Source: Terrimicrobiaceae bacterium (GTDB lineage Bacteria; Verrucomicrobiota; Verrucomicrobiia; Chthoniobacterales; Terrimicrobiaceae). Taken from it: a DNA stretch of 64,000 nt. Position numbers and translations under genes: made by a program. The stretch covers positions 64,001 through 128,000 of the forward strand of contig JBGSVZ010000085.1 in NCBI GenBank assembly GCA_041752695.1. Reading direction: 5' to 3'. A model generated the notes under the pieces. That model saw only the letters and a program-made list of their open reading frames with translations. It did no database searches and was not told the origin of the DNA. Shown in pieces: positions 20,380 to 30,007 of this stretch; positions within the stretch are counted from its first letter, which is position 1; each line of letters opens with the position of its first letter.

Positions 20380-21345
20380 TTAGGGAACCGGAGGTCCGGG
20401 GGTCTTTTCGATTTCCCCATCGAGCGTCTTGGGATCCGCCCCAGCCAGAAAATCGAGAATCGGCTGGTTCATTTCCGAACCTTCCAGTCCCACATACCAA
20501 TTCACGTCGGCGTGAGTGAACCCCCTACATTCGATGCCGCCAGCCGGAATGTTGTTCTTCAGAAGGCTTTCAATAAATTTGACGTCGGAAGCAATCTTGA
20601 CTTCGGTGCCGGTAAAAAAATTCAAAATCGGGTGGGTGTAGGTGCGGGGGGCTTTCTTGAGGATCAGAGACGGAGAGGCGGCGTAGAGAAGAATGGGATT
20701 GCGCCCGAAGATGGTGTGAATGGCCTCCTTGTTGAGCGTGTTGTCGTCCTCCGTATCGGTCCGGATGCGGTAGGGCAGGTCGTAGATGCCATCGAGCACG
20801 ATCAATTTTTTCACAATCCCCACGGACGCTCCGGCCTTTTTGAAAAACGCTCCGTTGGTCGCGACCAGCGCTACGAAATGCGCTCCGGTCGAATGGCCCA
20901 TCACGTTGATCTTCTCGGGGTCGATTTGATAATCCGCCGCATTGTCGTAGAGAAACGTGATCGCATCGGCCACATCCTGAATGTTGACGGGGTATTTGGC
21001 GCCCGGCGACAATTCGTAGTTCGCGCTGGCGAAAACAAACCCGTTCGAAGTGAAGAAAGGAATCTTGTTTTCCACTACCGAAGGATGGGCCTTGTCGCCC
21101 GTGCCCGCCGCGCCTCCATGGAACATGACAACCAGGGGCAGCTTCTCACCGGGAGCCAGATCGTCCGGCACATAGACATCCAGCGAAACCAGATTGGTGC
21201 TGGCGTCTTTGTTGCCCTTGCTGAGTTCCCCATACTGGATGTTGGCGTATTCGGTCCAGCTCCCGCCGGCCGCCTCGAGCGATGGGACCACCAGACAGGA
21301 GATTGTCACTGCCGCCAGCGCCTTGAGGAGTTTATCCAGTTGCAT
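20380..21345 (-). CDS. Secreted alpha/beta hydrolase (esterase/lipase)
   Basis: Signal peptide; LDVYVP, FHGGA oxyanion loop, GHSTG nucleophile elbow, C-terminal His (FTHAD). Confidence 0.85.
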   Translation of the reverse strand: MQLDKLLKALAAVTISCLVVPSLEAAGGSWTEYANIQYGELSKGNKDASTNLVSLDVYVPDDLAPGEKLPLVVMFHGGAAGTGDKAHPSVVENKIPFFTSNGFVFASANYELSPGAKYPVNIQDVADAITFLYDNAADYQIDPEKINVMGHSTGAHFVALVATNGAFFKKAGASVGIVKKLIVLDGIYDLPYRIRTDTEDDNTLNKEAIHTIFGRNPILLYAASPSLILKKAPRTYTHPILNFFTGTEVKIASDVKFIESLLKNNIPAGGIECRGFTHADVNWYVGLEGSEMNQPILDFLAGADPKTLDGEIEKTPGPPVP

Positions 21346-21456
21346 AACGGAAGGAATAGATTCAACGGGTGGCCGGTTTGCAAGTGTTTTTGGTTGGCCG
21401 AGAAATTTCCGCCGCCGTTTGCAACTCTTCCACTTCCGCGTACGTTCCTTCTGATC

Positions 21457-22053
21457 ATGAAAACACTTCTCGTCCTCTCCACCGTCCTCGCCCTTCTGTC
21501 CACCGCGCAGGCGCAACCGGAAATCGGCAAACCCGCCCCGGAATTTGCCCTGAAGGATCTGGCGGGCAAGGAACACAAACTCTCCGACTTCAAAGGCAAA
21601 ACCGTCGTGCTCGAATGGGTGAACTACGGATGTCCCTTCGTCAAAAAACATTACGATTCCAAAAATATGCAAAGCCTGCAGAAGACCGCGACGGACGCGG
21701 GCGTCGTCTGGCTGGCCATTTGTTCTTCGGCTCCCGGCAAGCAGGGCAATGAAACTCCCGAGACGGCAAAAACCAAGAGTGACACCTATCAATCTGCCGC
21801 CACGGCCTATCTGAAAGATGAGGATGGCACCGTGGGCAAACTCTACAATGCCAAGACCACCCCGGAGATGTTCATCGTCAATAAGGAAGGAACTCTCGTT
21901 TATATGGGCGCGATTGACGACAAGCCGAACCCCAGCCCGGACAGCATCGCGGGCGCGACCAACTACGTGAAGGCCGCGGTGATGGAAATCATGGATGGCA
22001 AACCGGTCACGACGGCTTCAACCAAACCATATGGCTGCTCGGTGAAATATTAA
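21457..22053 (+). CDS. Exported redoxin (AhpC/TSA, thioredoxin fold)
   Basis: Signal peptide; GKPAPEFAL, VVLEWVNYGCPFV, TTPEMF, YMGAIDD, YGCSVKY. Confidence 0.9.
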   Translation: MKTLLVLSTVLALLSTAQAQPEIGKPAPEFALKDLAGKEHKLSDFKGKTVVLEWVNYGCPFVKKHYDSKNMQSLQKTATDAGVVWLAICSSAPGKQGNETPETAKTKSDTYQSAATAYLKDEDGTVGKLYNAKTTPEMFIVNKEGTLVYMGAIDDKPNPSPDSIAGATNYVKAAVMEIMDGKPVTTASTKPYGCSVKY

Positions 22054-22142
22054 GGCGTAACAATGGGTCGAAATTTGGAGGGCACCGGGCCCTCGGTGCC
22101 GAGGGCCCGGCACCCTCCTGGATTTGCCTTCTTGGACACGAC
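22054..22142. mobile_element. Degenerate MITE-like element containing a REP hairpin
   Basis: Flanked by TAA/TAA; internal ggagggcaccgggccctcggtgccgagggcccggcaccctcc; right end ttggacacgac resembles the TIR at 23975-23988. Confidence 0.55.
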
Positions 22143-22202
22143 TAAGTTTTTAACTGCCACGAAGAGGCGCGGACCACCGCGCCCCTTTTTTTGGCGAAAG
22201 AC

Positions 22203-23090
22203 TCACCGGGCCGGTTTGTCTTCCACTTCGGCGTTGAGATTAAAAAACGGGATCGCGTCGGCGCCTCCGCTGACCCGGGGCAGCACGCCGTCCCAGCGTT
22301 CGACCGTGCGCAGACGGATCAGTTCCGGGCTTTGCTTGAGGGCCTCTGCTTCCCGCCGGATGGCATCCGCCCGCGCCTTGGATTGCACGTCGGTGGCGTA
22401 GGCATCGGCATCGGCCGCAAGGGTTTTCTCGGACGCAGCGGCTTCGGCCTGGGTCACGCGTTTGAGTTTTTCGTTCTTCGCCTGCAGGGCCTGTTGTTCG
22501 GCCTGAACTTTCAGTTCGATGGCCTTGTTAAACTCCGGCGAAAAGTTGAAGTCGGTGATGGCGACGTTGGCGATGACCACGGAATTCTCCAGGCCCTTTT
22601 CTTTCAGAGTGGTGTTGATGTAAGAGACGAGGGCCTGCTGGATCTGCTGTTTGACGAATTCGCGTTTCGTCACCAGTTCCTCCGCCGTGAACTTGGCGGT
22701 GACGGCCTTGACACATTCCTGAATGGCGGGTTCGACCAGCACGGCGGACACCTTGCCGAGATTTCCCACCGTCTGGTAGGTCAGAGGAGCGAGGGCTCCA
22801 TTCATGGAATATTGGGTCGTCACCTGGGTGGTCACGGTCTGCAAATCCCGCGAAGCGGCGGTGGCCTGGGCATGACTCGCCGTCAGCCGGATATCCACTT
22901 GCTCGACACTGTCGATGAAGGGCTTTTTGAAATGCAGGCCTTCCTTGAGCGGTTCGGGATGGACCGCGCCAAGGGTGCGTTTCACACCGACATGACCCGC
23001 CTCCACCACGACGGAGAGGCTGGTGAGGATGGCAATGGCAAACAGCAGAATGATCCCCAGGGGGATGAGAGTCTTCAGGGCTGGGTTCAT
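22203..23090 (-). CDS. SPFH/prohibitin family membrane protein
   Basis: N-terminal TM; GHVGV, EGLHF, ASRDLQ, FSPEFNKAIELK, C-terminal WDGVLP. Confidence 0.92.
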   Translation of the reverse strand: MNPALKTLIPLGIILLFAIAILTSLSVVVEAGHVGVKRTLGAVHPEPLKEGLHFKKPFIDSVEQVDIRLTASHAQATAASRDLQTVTTQVTTQYSMNGALAPLTYQTVGNLGKVSAVLVEPAIQECVKAVTAKFTAEELVTKREFVKQQIQQALVSYINTTLKEKGLENSVVIANVAITDFNFSPEFNKAIELKVQAEQQALQAKNEKLKRVTQAEAAASEKTLAADADAYATDVQSKARADAIRREAEALKQSPELIRLRTVERWDGVLPRVSGGADAIPFFNLNAEVEDKPAR

Positions 23091-23737
23091 AGATGCGTGA
23101 TGATGTGGTGTTTCTCGAAGCGAACCTTGGGTGCCGTGGAATATTTGTCACCTTCCGCCCGATAGCCCGCGGGGCAGGCCGCCACGGTAAAATATCCCGA
23201 ACCTTCCAGCCCGAGAGTCTTGTCGAATCCCGCGGGATCGAGCCCCTCCATCGGACAGGTGTCCACTCCGAGCAACGCGGCGGCGGTCATAAAATTGCCC
23301 AGAGCGATGTACACCTGGCGGGTGGACCATGCCTGCAGATCCAGGGGATAGGGGGGGTTCTCTAAAAATCCCGCCACCACTTTTTCAAATCCCGCCAGGT
23401 TTTCCACCGGAGTTCCGTGCACTTCGGAAGTGCGCACAATATGCCGGTGGACGTCGTCGGCCGTGAGCGGATGTTTGACCGCAAAAACCACCAGATGCGA
23501 AGCATCGGCGACTTGACGCTGGCCCCACGACTGCGCCACGAGGGCCTCGCGTTTGGCCGGGTCACTGACGACAAAAAACTTCCACGGCTGCAATCCGAAC
23601 GAAGAGGGCGACAGGACCAGAGCGTCTTCCAGCGCGAGCCACGTGGCCGGGTCGATTTTTTTGGTCGGGTCGAATTGTTTGGTGGCGTAGCGCCACTTGA
23701 GGGCGTCCAGGATGGTATCGGTGCTGATCGTCTTCAT
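23087..23737 (-). CDS. NAD(P)H-dependent nitroreductase family oxidoreductase
   Basis: WRYATKQFD, LSPSSFGLQPW, DTCPMEG, KVRF; ATGA-coupled to the SPFH gene. Confidence 0.92.
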   Translation of the reverse strand: MKTISTDTILDALKWRYATKQFDPTKKIDPATWLALEDALVLSPSSFGLQPWKFFVVSDPAKREALVAQSWGQRQVADASHLVVFAVKHPLTADDVHRHIVRTSEVHGTPVENLAGFEKVVAGFLENPPYPLDLQAWSTRQVYIALGNFMTAAALLGVDTCPMEGLDPAGFDKTLGLEGSGYFTVAACPAGYRAEGDKYSTAPKVRFEKHHIITHL

Positions 23738-23813
23738 TCCGGGCGACAGAAGCGCGACGGCGTGACTGATGCAAGGGAAAAGCGTGTGCCCCGGTTTCCC
23801 AGGGCCGGAACGG

Positions 23814-23839
23814 GTAGGGAGGGGTGTCCCCAACCCTCC
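23814..23839 (+). repeat. GTAG-type REP-like hairpin
   Basis: GTAG followed by the imperfect hairpin ggaggggtg-tccc-caaccctcc. Confidence 0.6.
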
Positions 23840-23877
23840 GTCATCTCTCTTCCGAGTTTCGACCCACTCCTCCCTCA

Positions 23878-23988
23878 GAGCGTGTCCAAAAATGCCCATT
23901 TTTGGGTACAATGGAGGGATGCGGGCCCTCGCATCCCTAGGTGCCGAGGGCCCGGCACCCTCCAATTTTTGCTTTTTTAGACACGCTC
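23878..23988. mobile_element. 111-bp MITE with IS5-family-like terminal inverted repeats, TCA target duplication and an internal REP doublet
   Basis: TIRs GAGCGTGTCCAAAA / TTTTAGACACGCTC (13/14); TCA at 23875-23877 and 23989-23991; internal tggaggg...ccctcca palindrome. Confidence 0.8.
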
Positions 23989-24077
23989 TCAGATTTCAAA
24001 CCGGCACAGGATCGACGGATCGTTTGGGGACAACGATCCCTCCCGGGGTCAGAATACCGGATGCGTGGCCGTTCCGC

Positions 24078-26021
24078 TTATTTGACCAGGCGTTGCCGGG
24101 CTTCGGGCGAGAGGGTGGACGTCGAGATCCAGGCCCGGGCGGCGGCGGCATCCTGCCGCATCCAATCGCGGGCCAGGTTTTCGATCTCGCGCTCACGCGC
24201 TTTCGGGTCGGAGATCTGCACGGCCCAGGAAATGGCGGTGGCAGGGTCCTCGGCGACAATCTTCCGGGTGAGCGAGGTGATGGCCGAATCTCTCGACGGC
24301 CCCGTTGGCTGGCGGGAGAGCCAGTTCGCCGCGGCCTCCGCATCTTTCGACGCCCAACGTTCCACCGCGGCTTGCAGGGCCGGGCCCCGTTCACTTTCCG
24401 GGAGCCCACGGGCATATTGGGCAGCGGCCGCAGGAGAGGTGTTGGCCCACTGGGAGACCGCATCCCGCATCACGTCGCGGCGTTCGTCCTGGTCGCGGAG
24501 GGAAGCCGACCAGCGCAGAACGGCTTCCGGATCCTTGCGACTCCAGCCTGACGACAACGAGCGGATCGCACTCTTGCGCTCCGCGCCGGAAAGGGAATCC
24601 AGCGCGGTGAGCGAACCCCGGGGATCCTGTCCGCTCCATTGGGAAAAAAGGGAATTCAAAGCGTTCTGCCTCGCCTCCCCCTCCGGAAGCCCCTGCGCCC
24701 AGGCAAAAACCTCCTCTTTTTTCCCGGTGCGCGCCCATTGGGAGGCAATCTGGGAGACGGCTTGGGAAAAGACCCGCCCGGTCGGAAGTTGCGTCAGGGC
24801 GGCCGCCGCCTCTTTCGGATTGTCCTTCGCCCAACTGGAGACGATCCCGTTGACCGCTTGTTGAAAATTGTCGCCCACCGGCATGTGTTCGATCACGGCG
24901 TCGAGAAGCTCCTGCCGGTTGCCGGTCGGGTTGGAACTCAGCGAACGCAGAATGTCCGAACGCATCGTCGAATCCTGCACGGCAATGGTGTATTGCAGGG
25001 CGGCCTTTTGATCCGTCCTCGCCCAAGAACCCACCGCCGTCGAAATGGCCGTGGTGCGAGTGCCCTCATCCGTAATCTGGAGCGCGGCAGTGAGGGCACC
25101 TTTCGGGTCGGATTGCGCCCAGGTTTGGATGACCTGCTGGCGGGGATCCCGATAGGATTCACCGGAGACCGGGAGAGACTGCACGTATTTCCACGCAGCC
25201 TGCGGATCGTTTTGGGTGAGCGAACTAAGGAGCGCATTTTGGGCCTGGTCGGCCGTCTCACCTTCCAGCCCGGCGGCGGCGACCTTGGCCCCTTCGGGAT
25301 CCTTACGCGCCCAACGCTGGAAAATCATGGACACAGCAAAATCGCCCTGTCCTGAACCCGGGGAGTTTTTCGCCAGATCGAGCGCCCGTTGAGGATCTTT
25401 CTGGGCGAGGCTCATGAGCGCCATGGAGCGGACCTGACGTTTCACCTGATCATCGTCAATCGAATCCGCCATGGCGAGGGCCTGCGTCGGATCTCTTCCT
25501 GCGACGTTGGAAATCACGGACATCATCGCCATCTGCCGGAGGTTGGCCGAGCCGAGCGCCCGGGCAAAATTCCAGGCGCCCGCCGAATCTTTTTCCGCGT
25601 AGGCGGCCATGACAAAACTCCACCCCATCTCCTGTCCGGCCGCATAGGGCGACGCAGCCATCTCCGCGGCAAGGGCGGCGGTGTCCGACACGCGCAGCCG
25701 GTCCGTAATATCCGCCCATTTGCGCATCGAATCCATGCCTCCAAACCCAAACTGGTCAATGTCGGCAATCTGCGCCCGCAGTTGCTGCGCCGTAATGGGC
25801 AAGGTCCCCGGCGGCGGAGGCGTCCCCGCTTCCGTAGACGTGGGTTCCCCCTCCCGGAACCCGGCAGAAAGACGGGAGCCGGAGGGAGCACTCCCTCCCG
25901 GGGAGGAGGCGGCGACAGACGTCGACACGGGCTTCCGATTTGCGCCGAGATATCCGGCCAGGGTGCCGGCGGCAAACCCGACCAGAACAGCGACCGCCAG
26001 GGAAAGGTGGGAGGATTTCAT
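24078..26021 (-). CDS. Membrane-anchored alpha-helical repeat protein of unknown function
   Basis: N-terminal hydrophobic anchor, low-complexity linker, then many W-x3-(D/N)-P-x2-A repeats (WARKDPEGA, WAQSDPKGA, WAKDNPKEA, WSRKDPEAV). Confidence 0.8.
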   Translation of the reverse strand: MKSSHLSLAVAVLVGFAAGTLAGYLGANRKPVSTSVAASSPGGSAPSGSRLSAGFREGEPTSTEAGTPPPPGTLPITAQQLRAQIADIDQFGFGGMDSMRKWADITDRLRVSDTAALAAEMAASPYAAGQEMGWSFVMAAYAEKDSAGAWNFARALGSANLRQMAMMSVISNVAGRDPTQALAMADSIDDDQVKRQVRSMALMSLAQKDPQRALDLAKNSPGSGQGDFAVSMIFQRWARKDPEGAKVAAAGLEGETADQAQNALLSSLTQNDPQAAWKYVQSLPVSGESYRDPRQQVIQTWAQSDPKGALTAALQITDEGTRTTAISTAVGSWARTDQKAALQYTIAVQDSTMRSDILRSLSSNPTGNRQELLDAVIEHMPVGDNFQQAVNGIVSSWAKDNPKEAAAALTQLPTGRVFSQAVSQIASQWARTGKKEEVFAWAQGLPEGEARQNALNSLFSQWSGQDPRGSLTALDSLSGAERKSAIRSLSSGWSRKDPEAVLRWSASLRDQDERRDVMRDAVSQWANTSPAAAAQYARGLPESERGPALQAAVERWASKDAEAAANWLSRQPTGPSRDSAITSLTRKIVAEDPATAISWAVQISDPKAREREIENLARDWMRQDAAAARAWISTSTLSPEARQRLVK

Positions 26022-26060
26022 CACTTTACCCGGCAGCAATTTGAGGCAGCCGGTGGCTTA

Positions 26061-27023
26061 TTAGGCCCAGGTCACTTCGCCCTTGGGCTCGCGAATCACA
26101 ATCGACTGTAAAAATTCCACGCCTTTGCGCAGGCCTTCGGCTGGCGACATCAGACTGTCCTCGTGCTCCATCGAAAGCGTTCCGTCGTATCCACACATCC
26201 GCAGCGTGCTGACAAAGTCGCACCAAAAGTGGCGCGGCTGGCCGTAGCCGACCGTGCGAAAAATCCATGAGCGGTTTTTTTCGTCCCCATAATGTTTGGT
26301 GTCGAGATAGCCGTTGACGTCGGCGTTGATCGGATAGAGGCCCGTGTCCTTGGCGTGGACGTGATGGATGGCCCCTTCCAGGGCACGGACGGCCTTGATC
26401 GGATCGATGCCCTGCCAGAAAAAATGGCTGGGGTCAAAGTTCGCGCCGATGGTCGGGCCACACGCCTCGCGCATCTTCAGCATCGTCTCGGGATTGTAGA
26501 CCAGAAACCCCGGGTGCGCCTCGAACGCAATCTTCACATAGTTGCTCTTGGCAAACGCGGCCTGTTTTTTCCAATAGGGAATCGCCACTTTGTTCCATTG
26601 CCAGTCGAGGACGGTCAGAAAATCCGGCGGCCAGGGACAAGTGACCCAGTTCGGATATTTCGCGCCGGGGTGGTCGCCCGGACAGCCGGAAAAAGTCGTC
26701 ACCACGGAGACGCCGAGCTTCGAGGCCAGCTTGACGGTATCGGTGAAAACCTTGTCATGCGCGGCGGCAATTTTTTTGTCCGGGTGCAAGGGATTGCCGT
26801 GACAGGAAAGCGAACTGATTTCCAACCCGCTGCTGGAGACCAGGTCGCGGAAGCGGTCGAGTTTGGGTTTGCTGGCGAGGAGTTCCGCCGGCTTGCAATG
26901 GGCGTCTCCCGGATAGGCACCGGTGCCGAGTTCGATCGTGTCGCAGCCAAGACCCGCGATGTGTTCGAGGGCTTTTTCGAGGGGGACGTTGCTGAGAATT
27001 GCAGAGAAGACGCCGACTTTCAT
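26061..27023 (-). CDS. Sugar phosphate isomerase/epimerase (xylose-isomerase-like TIM barrel)
   Basis: CHGNPLHP, FEAHPG, NFDPSH, HVHAKD, SMEHED metal ligands. Confidence 0.9.
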   Translation of the reverse strand: MKVGVFSAILSNVPLEKALEHIAGLGCDTIELGTGAYPGDAHCKPAELLASKPKLDRFRDLVSSSGLEISSLSCHGNPLHPDKKIAAAHDKVFTDTVKLASKLGVSVVTTFSGCPGDHPGAKYPNWVTCPWPPDFLTVLDWQWNKVAIPYWKKQAAFAKSNYVKIAFEAHPGFLVYNPETMLKMREACGPTIGANFDPSHFFWQGIDPIKAVRALEGAIHHVHAKDTGLYPINADVNGYLDTKHYGDEKNRSWIFRTVGYGQPRHFWCDFVSTLRMCGYDGTLSMEHEDSLMSPAEGLRKGVEFLQSIVIREPKGEVTWA

Positions 27024-27139
27024 GGGTGGGGATGGTGTGAAAAATCACTCATAACCACCCCGCGCAGTGGCGTCGATGAAACTTTCACCTTCCGATTTGC
27101 GCTTGCTGGCGAGGAACTTCCTGCGTAGTCAAAAAGGCA

Positions 27140-27673
27140 ATGAACACCAAGTTGCTGCAGTCTAGCGCGGCCGTCCTGAGCCTGGCCGTTTTCACCTCTG
27201 CCTGCGAAAATCTTTCTCCTGGCGAGAATGCCGCATTCTTTGGCACCGCGGCAGGCCTCGCCACCGCCATTCCCATGGCCGCAGCCGGCGTGGACTCCCG
27301 CATCACCGTCCCCGTCTCCCTCGGTGCCGCCGCCCTCGCCGCCGGCGGGGCGTATGTCATTGCCAAACAACAGGCCTCCGAACGCCAGCGCAAGATCGCC
27401 GAACAGCGCGCGCGGCTGTACATGGCAGAACGGGCCGCCGCTCAGAAAAAGGCCCAGACTGCGGGGACCAAATCCGCCAAAAAACCCCGGTTCATCGCGG
27501 TCAAGACCGTGAAGGAAAGCAACAGCAAGGGCAGCTCGCAGGTCATGATTTTCGACACACAAAGCAACCAGGTCGTGGGCAACAATGTTTATGATCTGAA
27601 GTCTTCCCCGAAAGTCGGGCAGACCTCGAAATTCGACACCTACACGGCGGAATACGTCGGGACCGGGTCGTAG
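27140..27673 (+). CDS. Putative lipoprotein with glycine-zipper-like hydrophobic segments
   Basis: Lipobox-like TSAC; two Gly/Ala-rich helices; basic C-terminal domain. Confidence 0.7.
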   Translation: MNTKLLQSSAAVLSLAVFTSACENLSPGENAAFFGTAAGLATAIPMAAAGVDSRITVPVSLGAAALAAGGAYVIAKQQASERQRKIAEQRARLYMAERAAAQKKAQTAGTKSAKKPRFIAVKTVKESNSKGSSQVMIFDTQSNQVVGNNVYDLKSSPKVGQTSKFDTYTAEYVGTGS

Positions 27674-27828
27674 AGCGAGACGGAAAAGGCAATCCCTGGA
27701 GGGTGCCGGGCCCTCGGCACCCCGGGGATACGACGGCGCACATTTGCCGGCGCTTCGCTTCGCCCTTTGGGTCGCCTTCGGCAAGCGGTCTCCATTCTTC
27801 CCGGAAATCCGCATATTTAGACACGCTC
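27673..27828. mobile_element. Degenerate MITE copy with a REP arm and an additional insert
   Basis: Right TIR tttagacacgctc identical to the 23988 end; left gagcgagacggaaa degenerate; internal tggagggtgccgggccctcggcacc is the exact reverse complement of 23940-23964. Confidence 0.65.
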
Positions 27829-27836
27829 TTGGAGCT

Positions 27837-28406
27837 CTAATTTTCGAGGAGCGCGTCGCGTTCTGCGGGATGGAGTTCGCGCCACTGGCCAGGGGGCAGA
27901 TCGGCGGGCAGAGGAAAATTTCCGATGCGGACGCGCAACAGCCTCAGCGTGGGAAATCCGATGGCGGCGGTCATTTTCCGCACCTGCCGGTTGCGGCCTT
28001 CCTGCAATTCGACCGCAATCCAGGAGGTCGGGATGTTTTGTCGGAAACGCACCGGAGGATTTCTTGGCGGAACCTCCGGAGCCGTCTCCAGCACCCATGC
28101 CCGCGACGGCAGGGTCCGACGGCCCTGGATGACAACTCCTGCGGCCATTTTTTGCAGGTCCACCGCCGACGGCACCCCCTCCACTTGTGCGTAATACCGC
28201 CGCCAGTGGGCATTTTTCGGATCGAGGAGGCGGGTGTTTAACGCCCCTTCGTCGCCCAGCAAAAGCAACCCCTCCGAGTCCAAGTCCAGCCGTCCAAGCG
28301 GATACACCCGCGGGGGAAAACCAAACTCCGCCAGAGTCCGCTGCCCGGGCAAATCCGGGGTGAATTGGGAAAGAACACCGTGCGGTTTATGGAAGGCGAG
28401 GAGCAT
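27837..28406 (-). CDS. RNA pseudouridine synthase (RluE-like)
   Basis: FHKPHGVLSQF, GRLDLDSEGLLLL, EGRNRQVRKMTAA; no S4 domain. Confidence 0.9.
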   Translation of the reverse strand: MLLAFHKPHGVLSQFTPDLPGQRTLAEFGFPPRVYPLGRLDLDSEGLLLLGDEGALNTRLLDPKNAHWRRYYAQVEGVPSAVDLQKMAAGVVIQGRRTLPSRAWVLETAPEVPPRNPPVRFRQNIPTSWIAVELQEGRNRQVRKMTAAIGFPTLRLLRVRIGNFPLPADLPPGQWRELHPAERDALLEN

Positions 28407-28416
28407 GCCCCGCGTC

Positions 28417-29169
28417 CTACTGCAAAACGATCCCCACCGGGCAATGATCGCTCCCCATCACCTGCGGCCAGATGAACGCGTCCTTCAGCCGCGGCCGCAG
28501 CGACGGTGAGATGCAAAAATAGTCGATCCTCCATCCGATATTCTTCGCGCGCGCCGCGCCCATGTAGCTCCACCAGGTGTAGTGGCCGCCGCCGGGCTCC
28601 AGTTCGCGGAAGGTATCAAGAAAGCCCGCCGCCAGATACGTTTCGAAGTTCGCCCGTTCCTGCGGTGTGAATCCGGCGTTTTTGACGTTGGCCTTCGGCC
28701 GAGCGAGGTCGATCTCCCGGTGCGCCACGTTCAAGTCCCCACAGAAAACCACCGGTTTGGTTTTTTCCAACGTCTTCAGAAAATGCAAAAACGCCGGCCC
28801 CCACGCCTCGGTGCGATACCCGAGGCGCAGCAACTCGCGCCCGGAGTTGGGCACATAAACATTCACGAGGAAAAAATCCGCATACTCCGCGGTGATCACC
28901 CGCCCCTCCTTGTCGTGTTCGTCGAGGCCGATGCCATGACGCACGTCCAGCGGTTCTTTCCTGGAAAAAATCGCCGTGCCGGAATAGCCCGGCCGTTCCG
29001 CGGAATTCCAATAGGCAAAATATCCGTCGAACTTGGATTCCACCTGTTCCTCCCGCGCCTTGGTTTCCTGCAGGCAGACGACGTCAGCAGTGGCCGTGGT
29101 GAGGAAATCGTGGAACCCCTTGTTCAGCACCGCACGGATGCCGTTGACGTTCCAGGAAACCAACTTCAT
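28417..29169 (-). CDS. xth: Exodeoxyribonuclease III (AP endonuclease)
   Basis: SWNVNGIRA, CLQETK, GYSGTA, YVPN, CGDLNVAH, GWRIDY, GSDHCP. Confidence 0.96.
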   Translation of the reverse strand: MKLVSWNVNGIRAVLNKGFHDFLTTATADVVCLQETKAREEQVESKFDGYFAYWNSAERPGYSGTAIFSRKEPLDVRHGIGLDEHDKEGRVITAEYADFFLVNVYVPNSGRELLRLGYRTEAWGPAFLHFLKTLEKTKPVVFCGDLNVAHREIDLARPKANVKNAGFTPQERANFETYLAAGFLDTFRELEPGGGHYTWWSYMGAARAKNIGWRIDYFCISPSLRPRLKDAFIWPQVMGSDHCPVGIVLQ

Positions 29170-29933
29170 GCGACGAAGGAAAACTCCGACCGCACCGCAT
29201 GGTGGTCCGAGGCCTCGGTGGGAATGACTGTGCAGTTCTCCAAGCGCAGCGGACCGTTGTAAAAAATGTGGTCGAGGACAAAAGGCATGCGGCGCCAGGT
29301 GATTTCCGAGCATTGCGAAGCGCAAAATCCCGCCTGCGCAAACTGGTCCACCACGGTTTCTTCCGGAGCGGAATTAAAATCCCCGCCAAGCAGGGCGGGA
29401 CCGGAGCATTTCCGTAGTTCCGCCTCCACCAACGTGCGTTGCCGCAGATGGTCGTTGCTCGACCCCTTGATCATGAAAAAGGCCTGCAGATGCGTATTAA
29501 GCAGACGCACCCGGCGACCGGCCAACTCCGCCTCCGCCCCAATTAGCAGCCGCTGCGAAGGGGTTCGGCTGACGCCGGCATACTCAAACGTGATATCCGC
29601 CGCCGGCAGATCCACGCGGTAAAAATTGGTCAGAGGTGTTTTGGAAAGAATGGCCAGGCCCAGCCCAAAAGGAATTTCGAGGGGATTTGGCACCGGGTAG
29701 CCGAAGACGGAATGATAGTGCGGAAGGGCTGCTTTTAACCGTGTGTAATGCGGAGGGGGCTCCACCTGGCGTCCGCCCTCGTGGCCCCGTTCCACTTCCT
29801 GAAGAAACACCACGTCGGCGTCCTGTTCGCGCAGGAACGCGATCGCCCGGTCGAAATTCACCTCCGATCCGTCGGGGTCGTTTTCGTCCCAGACCTGGCC
29901 GTTCTGCATGTTAAAGGTAAGCGCGCTAAACAT
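29166..29933 (-). CDS. Endonuclease/exonuclease/phosphatase family protein
   Basis: TFN, DVVFLQEV, NTHL, GGDFN, LDHIFY, SDH. Confidence 0.9.
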   Translation of the reverse strand: MFSALTFNMQNGQVWDENDPDGSEVNFDRAIAFLREQDADVVFLQEVERGHEGGRQVEPPPHYTRLKAALPHYHSVFGYPVPNPLEIPFGLGLAILSKTPLTNFYRVDLPAADITFEYAGVSRTPSQRLLIGAEAELAGRRVRLLNTHLQAFFMIKGSSNDHLRQRTLVEAELRKCSGPALLGGDFNSAPEETVVDQFAQAGFCASQCSEITWRRMPFVLDHIFYNGPLRLENCTVIPTEASDHHAVRSEFSFVA

Positions 29934-30007
29934 CTTTTCTGCGTCGCCTTGCCAACGCGCGACAGAGGCAGGTATAAACCTCCACGGGCAACCAAGGCAA
30001 ACATACC

